From Dehalococcoidia bacterium (GTDB lineage: Bacteria > Chloroflexota > Dehalococcoidia > Lucifugimonadales > JADFKI01): 64,000 nucleotides of DNA. Below the pieces are notes generated by a model that was not told the origin of the DNA, made no database searches, and worked only from the letters and a program-made list of their open reading frames with translations. This document shows positions 8,956-19,555 of the stretch, one piece after another. Position numbers and translations under genes: made by a program. Numbering within the stretch: position 1 is the stretch's first letter; each line of letters begins with the position of its first letter. Location: positions 1,699,975 through 1,763,974 of the forward strand of contig CBDBDI010000003.1 in assembly GCA_965203895.1 (NCBI GenBank), written 5' to 3'.

Positions 8956-10716
8956 ATGCCTCAGTATGAGGAATTGAAGGCGCAGGCGGACAGCCGTTGG
9001 CAGCAGCTGACGGCGGGCAACAAGCCGTGGGCGCGTATCGGCACGGCTATGTGCGGACACGCCGCGGGCGCATTCGAAGTACGCGACGCTCTTAGGGCAG
9101 AGCTGGATAGGCAGGGCGTCGACGCCAACATCGACGAAGTGGGATGCCTAGGCATCTGCTACGCCGAACCGCTGGTGGATATACAGAAGCCGGGCGGTTC
9201 GCGCCTGTTCTTCGGCAATGTCGCGCCGGACGACGTGCCTGGCATTGTCCGGGATGTGTTGGTGAATGATACGCTGCCGAGCGCCAATCTGCTGGGGTAT
9301 CTGGGCGATACGCCGATAGACGGCGCTCCGAACCTCGCCGATCTACCGGGCATCAAGATGCAGCATCGAATTGCGTTGCGAAACGCCGGCGTTGCCGCGC
9401 CCTCCGACATCATGCAGTACATCGCCAACGGCGGCTATTCGGGGCTGCATAGAGCGCTGTTTGAGATGCAGCCGGAAGAGGTAATCAAAGAGGTCACGGA
9501 CTCTGGGCTGCGCGGCAGGGGTGGCGCGGCGTTTCCCACCGGCGTGAAGTGGAGCTTTATGGTGCGCTCCGATCCGCCCAAGTATATCCTGTGCAACTGC
9601 GAAGAGGGCGATCCGGGCGCTTACAACGATAAGGGCATTCTGGAAAGCGATCCGTACACGCTGCTTGAGGGTATGTGCATCGCGGGCTACGCCACGGGCG
9701 CCACAAACGGGTTCGTGTTTATTCGGCACGGACACGATGGGCCGATAAGCCGCACGGAGCGCGCGATAGAGCAGGCGTATGAGTACGGACTGCTTGGGCG
9801 GAACATCCTGAACTCCACATTCAACTTCGATATAGAGGTGGCGCTGACGGGCGAATCGTATGTGGCGGGCGAAGAGACGGCGCTGATGGAGGCGATCGAA
9901 GGGCATCGCTCGCAGCCTCGCTATCGGCCGCCGTTCCCCGCGGCGTTTGGCGTATGGGGAATGCCCAGCACAATCAACAATGTGAAAAGCCTATCGTATG
10001 CGCCCGAAATCATAGCCAAGGGCGCCGAATGGTTTTCGTCCATCGGCGTCAGCCGAAGCGCTGGCACCGCGATTGTGTGTCTCAACGGCAAGGTGAAGTA
10101 TCCGGGCTTGTACGAAGTGCCGATGGGGCTGACGCTTGGGCAGGTCATCAACGACATCGGCGGCGGCGTTCCGGACGGCAAGCGCCTGAAGATGCTGCAG
10201 ACGGGCGGGCCGCTCGGAGGCGTGCTGGGCGCTGACAGCCTAGGCGTTCACATCGACTTCGATGAGATGCGCGAGGCGGGCGCTATATTCGGCTCCGGCG
10301 GCGTTATCGTCATAGACGAAGACACCTGCGCCGTGGACATTACGCGCAACCTGGTGGCGTTCACGCAGTACGAATCGTGCGGCAAGTGCTTCCCCTGCCG
10401 CCTGGGAATGGAGCAGCTTCTAGAGGTGGTCAACCGCGTAGCGCGCTTCGAGAGCCGCCCGTCGGATCTTGACCTTATGCGCAACATAGGCAGGACGATG
10501 GAGTCGAGCTCGCTGTGCGGGCATGGGCAGCTAGGCTTTGGGCCTATACGCTCGGCGTTGCAACACTTTGAGGCGGACTTTATGGCGCATATTCAGCAGA
10601 AGCGCTGCCCCACGGGGAGCTGCCTTCGCCCTGCGGTCTATCCCAAGAACACCCGCCCCTACGCTATGGACGCTGTCAGCGCCCCGATGCCGCAGCCGAT
10701 TGTGAACAGCGCATAA
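8956..10716 (+). CDS. NuoF-like NADH-binding FMN/[4Fe-4S] subunit with extra N-terminal 2Fe-2S-like domain
   Basis: GRGGAAFPTGVKW (FMN site), ESCGKCFPCRLG (N3 cluster) and N-terminal CGHAAGA...VGCLGICYAEP. 586 aa, like FDH/hydrogenase beta subunits. Confidence 0.9.
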   Translation: MPQYEELKAQADSRWQQLTAGNKPWARIGTAMCGHAAGAFEVRDALRAELDRQGVDANIDEVGCLGICYAEPLVDIQKPGGSRLFFGNVAPDDVPGIVRDVLVNDTLPSANLLGYLGDTPIDGAPNLADLPGIKMQHRIALRNAGVAAPSDIMQYIANGGYSGLHRALFEMQPEEVIKEVTDSGLRGRGGAAFPTGVKWSFMVRSDPPKYILCNCEEGDPGAYNDKGILESDPYTLLEGMCIAGYATGATNGFVFIRHGHDGPISRTERAIEQAYEYGLLGRNILNSTFNFDIEVALTGESYVAGEETALMEAIEGHRSQPRYRPPFPAAFGVWGMPSTINNVKSLSYAPEIIAKGAEWFSSIGVSRSAGTAIVCLNGKVKYPGLYEVPMGLTLGQVINDIGGGVPDGKRLKMLQTGGPLGGVLGADSLGVHIDFDEMREAGAIFGSGGVIVIDEDTCAVDITRNLVAFTQYESCGKCFPCRLGMEQLLEVVNRVARFESRPSDLDLMRNIGRTMESSSLCGHGQLGFGPIRSALQHFEADFMAHIQQKRCPTGSCLRPAVYPKNTRPYAMDAVSAPMPQPIVNSA

Positions 10717-10773
10717 GCCGCCAAAAGCCTGTTGCTGCGCGGATGCGCCGACGGGCGTCCCCGCTAAACGGAG

Positions 10774-13578
10774 ATGAGTATGGCAGACCAGATCAGCCTG
10801 ACGATAGACGGCGTTGAGGTAAAGACGGATCCGGGCAAGATGGTAATACAGGCGGCGATGGACGCCGGGATGTACATTCCGTATCTGTGCTACTACCCGG
10901 GGATGAAGCCTTTCGGCGCCTGCCGCATGTGTGTGGTGAAGGCGGAAGCGCCCGGACGCGACGGCGAATATCGACCCCTGCCGGGCAGTCCGGCATCCTG
11001 CACCACGCCCGTTATGGAAGGCATGCGCGTTACCACCAACTCCGACGACATCGTTGAGCTTCGGCGCGGGATTATGGATCTTCTCATATCGGAGCATCCG
11101 CACGGCTGCCTCACCTGCCACCGCATCGAACTCTGCGGACCCTCCGACATCTGCCTGCGCCATGTATCGGTCAACGATAGGTGCGTAACCTGTCCCAAGA
11201 ACGAGCGCTGCGAACTCAAAGACACCGTGCGTTTCCTAGAAATGGATATGGAATCGCCGCTGAGTTACAACAACCGCAATATGCCGCTTGCGGTCAGCGA
11301 TCCGTACTGGGATATGGATATGAACTTGTGCATCGTCTGCGCGCGCTGCGTGCGAGTGTGCGACGAAGTTCGCGGGGACAGCGCGCTGACACTGCTGCAG
11401 CGCTCCGACCGCGTGCTGATTGGCACATCGCAGGGCACGTCGCTGCTGGAGTCGGGGTGCGAATTCTGCGGCGCTTGCATCGACGTGTGTCCCACGGGCG
11501 CGCTTGTGGAGCGCAAGTACAAGTGGGACAAGGCGGTCGACACCGTCAAAAGCGTCTGCCCTCACTGCCCGGTGGGTTGCCAAATGAATATGGAAGTTGA
11601 TAAGCGCAATCGGCTTATCCGCCCCACAACCGATATTCACGCCCCCGCCAATCAGGGGCAGATGTGCTTTAAGGGCAAGTTCGGGCTGGACTTTGTGAAC
11701 AACGCGCGGCAGCGCATTGGCAAGCCGCTTGTGAGGCGGGACGGCGCGCTGACTGAAGCGTCTTGGCCAGATGCGCTGGACGCCGTGGCGCAGCGGCTCG
11801 ATGATTTCAGGGACGACGGCTATGCGCTTGTGGTTTCGCCGCGCGGCACGAATGAAGACAACTACATCGCGCAGAAGTTCGCGCGCGCCGTGATGGGCAG
11901 CAATACGATTGACATATCGTCCAACCTGCGCCCCGAACTGACCAAGCCGCTGGGCGAACTGCTGGGACGTCCCGCCGCCACGAACACTATCTGGGAGCTT
12001 GAGCGCGCGAGCGCAATCCTGGTGGTGTCCTCCAATATGACCGAAGAGCAGAATGTGATGGCGGTGCCAATTAAGAAAGCGGTTAGTGCTGGGGCGGCGC
12101 TCATCGTGATGGATCAGCGCGAAACTGAGCTTGCGCGCGTCGCCAAGATATGGCTGCGCCCGCGCCCAGGCAGCGAAACGCTGCTCATCGGCGGCATGCT
12201 GCGCGTCATAATGGAAGAATCGCTCGACGACCACGAATTCATCGCCAACGAATGCGACAATTTGGACGAATTCAAGAACAGCCTTTGGGCGTTTGACCTG
12301 CTGAGAGTGGAACGGCTCACAGGCTTGCCGCAGACCGACATTCGCGCCGCCGCCAGGGAATTCGCCGCCGCCAAGCCGGGCGCTATCCTATACGCGCTCG
12401 AGACGCTTGCGCCCGATCTGCGCGAAGACTGCGTGCGCGCATTGGTGAACCTCGCGCTGGTGAGCGGAAGCTTGGGCAAGCCTTCATCCGGGCTTTATCC
12501 GTTGTTCCTCGGCGCAAACGAACAGGGTTCCAAGGATGTGGGATGCGCGCCCGACCATCTGCCGGGCTATCGCGATGTTGCGGACGATGCAGCGCGCCGC
12601 CGCTTCGAGCAGGCGTGGGACACCGAACTGCCCTCGCGGCCGGGCGTTGGCATACGCGAGTACGCGGACGCAATCAACAACGGCGCAATCAAGGCGCTGC
12701 ACATCATCGGGGACAGCCCGAACTTCACCAACGGCGAACTGGGCGAGTTTGTAGCCGCCGCCGAGAATCTGGACTTTCTGCTTGTGCAGGATACCTTCCC
12801 CAACGAACTGACTGAAATCGCGGATGTTGTTCTGCCTTCGATGACCTTCGCTGAGAAGGCGGGAAGCTACACCAACATAGAGCGCCGCGTGCAGCTGCTG
12901 AAGCCGGCGATAGGCGCGCGCAACGATGCAGACGCCGATTGGCGCATACTTTGTCAGATTGCCCGCCGAATGGGCGCCGACGGGTTTGAGTTCGCCGACG
13001 CGGAAGACGTGTTCGACGAATTCAACAACCTGTGGCAGCCCTACGGCGGGATTACCTACGATAGGCTGCGCTCCGAAAGCCTGTTGTGGCCCTGCCCGGC
13101 GATTGATATGGTCGACACGCCGCGTCTGTACGCCGAAGGCTTCCGCAATCGCAGCGTGGCACTGACGCCGCTTAAGTTCGCAGAGCCGCCGTCGCATTCC
13201 GACGAAGAGCGCCCGTTCATGCTGGCGAGGGGGCGAGTGCTAAATCAGCCGGAGCGCCCGATTGCGATACACCAGGATAGGGGACGCAACTACATCAGCC
13301 GCGATGATGTGATAGAGGTTCATCCGCAAGACGCCGCGGCGCTAGGCATCGCAGAGGGCGATAGCGTAGAGGTTCACACGGCGGACGGCGTCGCGCGCGG
13401 TACGGCCGCCTTGATCGGCGCGCAGCCTGGGCTGCTGTCGGTTACCACGCTGTTCGGGCAGATGATAACCGACATAGAGCGGTCGCGCGACCCGGATCCG
13501 ATGCTGAAAGTCCCCGCGCTGCCGTTGCTGCCCGCAAGCATCGTCAAAGTCGAGGCGGCAATGGCGGCCGCCGATTAG
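10774..13578 (+). CDS. FdhA/NuoG-like molybdopterin-oxidoreductase-family subunit; catalytic Cys/Sec position not conserved
   Basis: The N-terminal 2Fe-2S, His-ligated 4Fe-4S (HPHGCLTCHR), 2x ferredoxin-type 4Fe-4S and CPHCPVGC cluster motifs are all present. The Mo-bisPGD domain aligns with FdhF, but the active-site block reads NTIDISSNLRPE. ATG 10780 is an alternative start. Confidence 0.85.
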   Translation: MSMADQISLTIDGVEVKTDPGKMVIQAAMDAGMYIPYLCYYPGMKPFGACRMCVVKAEAPGRDGEYRPLPGSPASCTTPVMEGMRVTTNSDDIVELRRGIMDLLISEHPHGCLTCHRIELCGPSDICLRHVSVNDRCVTCPKNERCELKDTVRFLEMDMESPLSYNNRNMPLAVSDPYWDMDMNLCIVCARCVRVCDEVRGDSALTLLQRSDRVLIGTSQGTSLLESGCEFCGACIDVCPTGALVERKYKWDKAVDTVKSVCPHCPVGCQMNMEVDKRNRLIRPTTDIHAPANQGQMCFKGKFGLDFVNNARQRIGKPLVRRDGALTEASWPDALDAVAQRLDDFRDDGYALVVSPRGTNEDNYIAQKFARAVMGSNTIDISSNLRPELTKPLGELLGRPAATNTIWELERASAILVVSSNMTEEQNVMAVPIKKAVSAGAALIVMDQRETELARVAKIWLRPRPGSETLLIGGMLRVIMEESLDDHEFIANECDNLDEFKNSLWAFDLLRVERLTGLPQTDIRAAAREFAAAKPGAILYALETLAPDLREDCVRALVNLALVSGSLGKPSSGLYPLFLGANEQGSKDVGCAPDHLPGYRDVADDAARRRFEQAWDTELPSRPGVGIREYADAINNGAIKALHIIGDSPNFTNGELGEFVAAAENLDFLLVQDTFPNELTEIADVVLPSMTFAEKAGSYTNIERRVQLLKPAIGARNDADADWRILCQIARRMGADGFEFADAEDVFDEFNNLWQPYGGITYDRLRSESLLWPCPAIDMVDTPRLYAEGFRNRSVALTPLKFAEPPSHSDEERPFMLARGRVLNQPERPIAIHQDRGRNYISRDDVIEVHPQDAAALGIAEGDSVEVHTADGVARGTAALIGAQPGLLSVTTLFGQMITDIERSRDPDPMLKVPALPLLPASIVKVEAAMAAAD

Positions 13579-13684
13579 ACGCCGCGCGTCGCATTGCCCA
13601 ACATAACCCCAATAGCCGAACCGCTTACTTCGAAAGCGCGCCTTAATAGCGGATATAAACGCCGATGGAAATGAAAATGAACGA

Positions 13685-14455
13685 ATGGAGAGTGTTACGC
13701 AATTGACCACGATGAGGGGGCGGCGGCTCGCTCCGAAACTAGCCGAAACCACGATTTTGAGACGCGAGGAACTTACATCGGATCTTTGGCTTATGTGGCT
13801 GCAAAAGCCTGAAGGCTTCGCCTTCAAGCCGGGCCAGTATTGCACCATCGGCGTCGACGGCATTGAGCGCGCCTACTCCATCGCATCCGCTCCGCACGAA
13901 GAAGACTTGGAGCTTTTCATTGAGCTTGTGCCATACGAAGAGGGCGGGCATCTCACCCCGCTGCTGTATGCGCTGCAGTACGGCGACAGGGTAACCATAC
14001 GCCCCAGGGCTAAGGGCATCTTCACATTCAATCCCAATTTCAAGAACCATGTGCTGGTAGCCACGGTTACGGGCGTTGTGCCATATGTGAGTTACCTGCG
14101 CGACTACCTGCATCGCGGCGAAAGCGGGCATCGCTTTTATGTGCTTGAGGGTGCAAGCTACATGGACGAATTCGGCTATGACGACGAGTTCATTCGCTTG
14201 GCGTCGCAACGCCCCGATCTGCTGACATTCATTCCCACCGTCAGCCGCCCGCAGGATGCGCGCAACGCCGCCTGGCAGGGCGAAGCCGGGCGCGTCAACA
14301 CTATCGTCGAGGCGCAAGTCGAACGGCTTGGCTTGAAGCGGGAAGACACGCTGATATACGCCTGCGGCCATCCGGGGATGATCGAGGATGTGAAGGCGCG
14401 CATGATCCCGCGCGGCTATTCGGTGGACGAAGAGCGCTTTTGGAAAGAGGACTAG
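13685..14455 (+). CDS. ferredoxin-NADP+ reductase-type FAD/NAD(P)-binding oxidoreductase
   Basis: RAYSIAS (RxYS FAD motif), ATVTGVVP and YACGHPGM motifs. Confidence 0.8.
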   Translation: MESVTQLTTMRGRRLAPKLAETTILRREELTSDLWLMWLQKPEGFAFKPGQYCTIGVDGIERAYSIASAPHEEDLELFIELVPYEEGGHLTPLLYALQYGDRVTIRPRAKGIFTFNPNFKNHVLVATVTGVVPYVSYLRDYLHRGESGHRFYVLEGASYMDEFGYDDEFIRLASQRPDLLTFIPTVSRPQDARNAAWQGEAGRVNTIVEAQVERLGLKREDTLIYACGHPGMIEDVKARMIPRGYSVDEERFWKED

Positions 14456-14456
14456 C

Positions 14457-15632
14457 ATGCCCAATCCGCCTATCATTCGCAGAATAACGCTTACCCAATA
14501 CCGCTTTCCGCTGCAGGATGTAACCGCCGATCTTGCATTCGCCGCCGGCCCGTTCTATTCGCCGGGCAGCAAATCGCAGCGCGCTTGCACCGCGATACGC
14601 ATAGACACCGACGCCGGCGTCAGCGGCGAATACATCAGCGGCACGCCCGCCACGCTTGAGCAGATCCAGATGTTCGCGCCCTTCCTCATCGGCAGAAACG
14701 CGCTTGACCGCGAGCTCTTCTATCGGCAGGCGAAGATGATCCTCCGCAAGCATGACCGAATGGGCATCGGCCCTATCGACATCACGCTGTGGGACTTGGC
14801 GGGCAAACTCTTCGACGCGCCAATATACCAACTGCTGGGCGGCTATCGGCAGAAGTTCCCCTGCTACGCCAGCACTTACCACGCCGACCGCGCCCCCGAC
14901 GGTCTCAGTTCCCCCGAAGCCTACGCCGATTTCGCCGAGCAGTGTCTTGAACTCGGATACAAAGGCTTCAAGATACACGGTTGGGCGGCCGTGCCCATAG
15001 AGCGCGAAATAGAGACGATTCGCGCCGTCGGCAAGCGCGTGGGCGGCAAGATGGCGCTTATGACGGATCCGTGCTGCGTCTATGACACCTACGGCGACAC
15101 GCTTCGCGTGGGTTTGGCGTGCGACGAGCAGAACTTCTTCTGGTATGAGGATCCGCTGAACGACGGCGGCGTATCGCTGCAGGCATACAAACGCCTGCGC
15201 CAGTCCATCAAGACGCCTCTGCTGCAGGGCGAGCATGTACATATGGTAGAAGGTCATACCGATATGGCGGCGGCCGAAGCCACCGACTTTTGGCGCGCCG
15301 ATCCCGAATATGACGGCGGCATAACCGGCGTGATGAAGATAGCGCACGCCGCCGAAGGGTTCGGGATGGATGTCGAGCTTCACATCGCCGGCCCCGCGCA
15401 GCGCCACTGCATGGCGGCGATGCGAAACTCCAACTTCTATGAGATGGGCTTGGTGCATCCGCGCTTGGCGGGCAACGCGCGCATGCCGGTGTACAAAGAC
15501 GGCTACTCCGACGGCCTCGATGCGATAGACGCCGACGGCTGCGTATCCGTGCCGCAAGGTCCCGGCTTGGGCGTGGAGTACGACTGGGCGGGCATAGAGA
15601 AGTACAAGGTCGGCGAAATCGTCATAGATTAG
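14457..15632 (+). CDS. mandelate racemase/muconate lactonizing enzyme family protein (enolase superfamily)
   Basis: ITLWDLAGKLFDAPIYQLLGG, and the KIHGW...MTDP...YEDP...GEH metal/acid-base pattern. Confidence 0.8.
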   Translation: MPNPPIIRRITLTQYRFPLQDVTADLAFAAGPFYSPGSKSQRACTAIRIDTDAGVSGEYISGTPATLEQIQMFAPFLIGRNALDRELFYRQAKMILRKHDRMGIGPIDITLWDLAGKLFDAPIYQLLGGYRQKFPCYASTYHADRAPDGLSSPEAYADFAEQCLELGYKGFKIHGWAAVPIEREIETIRAVGKRVGGKMALMTDPCCVYDTYGDTLRVGLACDEQNFFWYEDPLNDGGVSLQAYKRLRQSIKTPLLQGEHVHMVEGHTDMAAAEATDFWRADPEYDGGITGVMKIAHAAEGFGMDVELHIAGPAQRHCMAAMRNSNFYEMGLVHPRLAGNARMPVYKDGYSDGLDAIDADGCVSVPQGPGLGVEYDWAGIEKYKVGEIVID

Positions 15633-15895
15633 TAGCGCCGCCGGCCGAACAATCGCGCGTGAGGCGCTACCCCGTTCTTTCGTCCGTACATCACATTTGC
15701 CTGCGCTTTCCTATGCTTATGGACAGTAGGCGCAGCGTTATCGACGGCGGCGAATAATTCCACGCAAATGGGCGTTCACGCCCGGTTGACTTTGTGGTTA
15801 TAATGGGGGGGGCTTGGGTAGCGCAATCCCGCGCAGACATCCAAATCCGTTATCCGTTAATCCGCTACACAGCGTTACATAGGGAGGAATGCGAT

Positions 15896-17296
15896 ATGAA
15901 ATCGGACAGGGCGCTTGTGGCGCATCTGATGCGGCGCGCCGGCTTCGGGGCTACGCCCGCTGAACTCGATGCGCTGACCGCTGACAAGACTTACGAAGAG
16001 ATTGTGGATGACCTCGTCAATCCTGACCGCTTCCCGCAGATGGACGACTCGTTCATCGAGCGCTACTACGGCGGCGAGCTCGTGGCGGTGCATGTGGGCA
16101 AGTGGCTCTACCGAATGATAAACACGCCGCGCCCGCTCGAAGAAAAGATGGCGCTCTTCCTGCATCACATATTCCCCGTGGCGTGGGGCAAGAGCGAACA
16201 CGGGCCCTCGCTGTACACCGAAATAGCGATGTTCCGCCGCGTGGGGCTGCAGGATATGAAGACCATCCTGCTTGAGCTTTCGCGCGATCCCGCGATGCTG
16301 TTTTGGCTCGACAACAACGAAAATCACAAAGACGAAATCAACGAAAACTACGGCCGCGAACTGCTGGAGCTGTTCTCAATGGGCGTAGGCAACTACACCG
16401 AGGACGACATCAAAGCGGCGTCGCGCGCCTTCACCGGTTGGACTTTCAGGCAGCCGCTTTCGCTGTATCCCAACGGCCACTATCCCGCCAAGTTCACTTT
16501 CGTCGCCGACGACCACGACTACGCTGAGAAGACATTCCTAGGCGAAACCGGCGCATTCGACGGCGAAGACATCATAGACATCATCGTCAAGCAGCCCGCA
16601 ACCGCGCGCTTCATCTCGCGCCATCTGTACAACTTCTTTGTCGAGGATGAGGTGCAAGTGCCTTCCTGGTCTACCGAACCGCCCAAAAACGAAGCCGCCA
16701 TCCGGCAGCTCAGCAGGGCGTTTATGGACACCGAAGGCGATATGCGCGCCGTGCTCAGCGAACTCTTCAACTCCGACTTCTTCAAGCAGGCGACGGAGTT
16801 CAAGAAGGTGAAAAGCCCCACCGAACTGGTGGCGGGCGTGCTGAAGCAGACGGGCGAGTTCAGCAAGCCCACGCCGGGCATAGCCCAGTTCGCAGTAACC
16901 ACGCTCAACGGCTCGCTGACCGAAGGCCCGCTCGCGATAATGGGGCAGCGCCTAATGAACCCGCCCACCGTGGAAGGCTGGCACACCGGCCACGAATGGA
17001 TCGACTCCGGCACCCTCAGCGAGCGCATCGGCTTCGTGGAGAGCCAGTTCGAAGACGTCACCAAGCCCGGCGTGCGGGATATGGTGGAGCTCGCCGGCGA
17101 TCTGGACGCCGAACCGGCCGCCCTGGTGGATCGCTGCCTCGACATCCTGGGCGGCATCAAGGTCAGCGAACAGACCTACGCCTCGCTGATGGACTACGCC
17201 CGCGAACTCAGAGCCATCAAAGACGAAGGCGCATCGGTGGGCGTCCACAACCTGCTGCAAATGACCGCATCCACCGTTGACTATCAGTTCGCCTAA
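15896..17296 (+). CDS. DUF1800 domain-containing protein
   Basis: LVAHLMRRAGFGATPAELDAL..., HHIFPV, NENYGRELLELFSMGVGNYTEDD. ATG 15896 follows AGGGAGGA. Confidence 0.8.
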   Translation: MKSDRALVAHLMRRAGFGATPAELDALTADKTYEEIVDDLVNPDRFPQMDDSFIERYYGGELVAVHVGKWLYRMINTPRPLEEKMALFLHHIFPVAWGKSEHGPSLYTEIAMFRRVGLQDMKTILLELSRDPAMLFWLDNNENHKDEINENYGRELLELFSMGVGNYTEDDIKAASRAFTGWTFRQPLSLYPNGHYPAKFTFVADDHDYAEKTFLGETGAFDGEDIIDIIVKQPATARFISRHLYNFFVEDEVQVPSWSTEPPKNEAAIRQLSRAFMDTEGDMRAVLSELFNSDFFKQATEFKKVKSPTELVAGVLKQTGEFSKPTPGIAQFAVTTLNGSLTEGPLAIMGQRLMNPPTVEGWHTGHEWIDSGTLSERIGFVESQFEDVTKPGVRDMVELAGDLDAEPAALVDRCLDILGGIKVSEQTYASLMDYARELRAIKDEGASVGVHNLLQMTASTVDYQFA

Positions 17297-17333
17297 CCTA
17301 CTCCGAAACCCGAAAGACAAGATGGGGGATACT

Positions 17334-18470
17334 ATGAGCGCCAAAAGCAAGCGGAAGACTCTGGTAGTCGTGCAGCTCACCGGCGGCAACGACTTTATGA
17401 ACACCATCGTGCCGTACAACAACCCGCATTACTACGACGCCCGCAAGAAGGTCGTGCTGCGCCAAGAGGATGTGCTGCCCATCAACGACGACCTGGCTAT
17501 CAACGCCAACGCAGCGCCCTTCAAACGCCTCTACGACGAAGGCAGGATGGCGATTGTGCAGGGCATCGGCTATCCCAACTCCAACCGCTCCCACTTCCGC
17601 GGGATGGACATCTGGCACACCGCCGAACCCGACCGCGTGGGCAACGAAGGCTGGCTTGGGCAGGCGGTTCGCGAACTTGACCCCAACTCCGAGAATGTGC
17701 TTACCGGCGTCAACATCGGCATGGGACTGCCGCGCGCAATGGTGGTCGCCGGTGTGCCGGTAACCTCCGTTGGCGACCTGGAAGGCTACGGCGTGATGAC
17801 GCGCATGGAGCAGGAAAACCTGCGCGACAGATCGCTTGCGGCGTTCAAGGGGCTGTACGCTCAAGCGATTGGCGCGGGCCCCGTCGCCGAATACATCGGA
17901 CAGACGGGCTTGGATGTGCTGAAAGGCGCGGATATGCTCGCCGACGTCGCGGACAACTACCAATCGCAAGTGGAGTACGCCGACAATCAGATAGCCAAGA
18001 ATATGCGTGATGTGGCGCGCATCCACCTCGCCGACCTCGGAACGCGCATATTCTACACAAGCCACGGCGGCTACGATACGCACGCCAACGAAATGCCCTC
18101 GCACCCCAAGCTGATGAACGAACTCTCCGGCGCAATATCCGACTTCCTAGACGATATGGAAGAGCATGACGCCGCCGAGGATGTAACCGTATTCGTGTTC
18201 ACCGAATTCGGGCGGCGCATGCGCGACAACGGCAGCGGCACCGACCACGGTTCCGGCGGCGGCGCGTACATATTCGGCAAGAACATCAACGGCGGCCTGT
18301 ACAGCGAATACCCATCGCTCGACCCCGCCGATTGGGAACACGGCGAAGACCTCAAGCACACCATAGACTTCAGGGGCATATACGCCACGCTGCTGGAGCA
18401 GGTGCTGGATGTGGACGCCAAGCCCATCGTCAAGGGCGAGTATGAGCAGATCCAACCCTTCGTCAATTAG
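17334..18470 (+). CDS. DUF1501 domain-containing protein (sulfatase-like fold)
   Basis: LVVVQLTGGNDFMNT, SHGGYDTHANE, FGRRMRDNGSGTDHG. Usual partner of DUF1800. Confidence 0.8.
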   Translation: MSAKSKRKTLVVVQLTGGNDFMNTIVPYNNPHYYDARKKVVLRQEDVLPINDDLAINANAAPFKRLYDEGRMAIVQGIGYPNSNRSHFRGMDIWHTAEPDRVGNEGWLGQAVRELDPNSENVLTGVNIGMGLPRAMVVAGVPVTSVGDLEGYGVMTRMEQENLRDRSLAAFKGLYAQAIGAGPVAEYIGQTGLDVLKGADMLADVADNYQSQVEYADNQIAKNMRDVARIHLADLGTRIFYTSHGGYDTHANEMPSHPKLMNELSGAISDFLDDMEEHDAAEDVTVFVFTEFGRRMRDNGSGTDHGSGGGAYIFGKNINGGLYSEYPSLDPADWEHGEDLKHTIDFRGIYATLLEQVLDVDAKPIVKGEYEQIQPFVN

Positions 18471-18526
18471 GCGCATAGCCGATTAGACGGACGGATGGCG
18501 CAAAATCAGACCACAGGAGAGAGACT

Positions 18527-19555
18527 ATGAGTAGGCCATACGGACTGCTGAGGGCGGGCTATCCCTACCTGCGGACGCTGGGAATGCGGCGCGTTTCCAA
18601 CTTCCCGGCGGACATCGCCTTCTCCAACAACGGCGATGCGCTCATACTTATGCGCGCCGAAGGCGCCTCCGGCATACGCGTCTGGCACGTGAACGACGCC
18701 GACGCGCTCACCGACGACCTCAAGAGCATCGGCGGCAACGGCGCCGGCGACGGGCAGTTCGTCTGGCCCGTGCAGATAATCACCGACGCCGAAGGCAACA
18801 TATTCGTCAGCGATGAAGCCACGCACAGGATAACGCGCTTCAGTCCCGACGGCGAATTCGTATCCAAATGGGGTACACACGGCGCTGGCGACGGCGAGTT
18901 CGACGCGCCCAACGGCATCGCGTTCTACGGCGACGGCAACCTACTGGTGGTGGACTCGCGCAATCACAGGGTCCAGCGCTACACCGCCGAAGGCGAATAC
19001 CTAGGCGGCTTCGGCGCGCACGGCGATGCGGCGGGGCAGTTCAACCTGCCCTGGGGCGTCCATGTGGATGAGCTGGGCGATGTCTATGTAGCCGATTGGG
19101 GCAACAACCGCGTGCAGATATTCTCGCCCGACGGCGAAGTGAAGCGCGTCATAGGCGAACAGGGCAGCGGCCCCGGCCAGTTCGACCGCCCGACCGGGGT
19201 TGCGGTGGACGCCCACGGAGACATCTATGTAGCCGATTGGGGCAACAACCGCGTGCAGATGTTCAACGCAGAGGGGCAGTACATCTGGAGTTTCAGCGGC
19301 GACGCCACCCTATCCCGCGTGGCGCGCACTTACATGCTCACCAACGCCGTCCCCAACCGCCTGCGCGAAATGGGCGACTTGGAGCAGGAAAAGCGCTTGC
19401 GCCGCCCGCGCTCCGTCAGAATAGACAGCGAATTCCGCCTGTTCATCCCCGACTACGAATCCTACCGCGTGCAGATATACCAAAAGGAAGCCATCCCGCT
19501 CGACCGCACGCAGTACGCAGAGCCACTGCGGAACGTTACGCTTGAAGTAACCTGA
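18527..19555 (+). CDS. NHL-repeat beta-propeller protein
   Basis: Six repeats of G.GDGQF..P.G[IV]A.D..G..[YF]V[AS]D..N.R[IV]Q.[FY]. Confidence 0.85.
   Translation: MSRPYGLLRAGYPYLRTLGMRRVSNFPADIAFSNNGDALILMRAEGASGIRVWHVNDADALTDDLKSIGGNGAGDGQFVWPVQIITDAEGNIFVSDEATHRITRFSPDGEFVSKWGTHGAGDGEFDAPNGIAFYGDGNLLVVDSRNHRVQRYTAEGEYLGGFGAHGDAAGQFNLPWGVHVDELGDVYVADWGNNRVQIFSPDGEVKRVIGEQGSGPGQFDRPTGVAVDAHGDIYVADWGNNRVQMFNAEGQYIWSFSGDATLSRVARTYMLTNAVPNRLREMGDLEQEKRLRRPRSVRIDSEFRLFIPDYESYRVQIYQKEAIPLDRTQYAEPLRNVTLEVT

Noticed and set aside
10774-13578. Selenocysteine (in-frame TGA) in the FDH-like gene, possibly linked to the tRNASec-like element
   Set aside because: The ORF is uninterrupted. The position aligned with FdhF Sec140 is an Arg codon, and the tRNA-like gene has GAU, not UCA, in the anticodon position. 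No link can be supported.
15806-15813. G8 run in the DUF1800 upstream region as a second phase-variation tract
   Set aside because: It is short, it lies in a 5' leader outside any ORF, and there is no frame or promoter-spacing logic comparable to the C24 tract.
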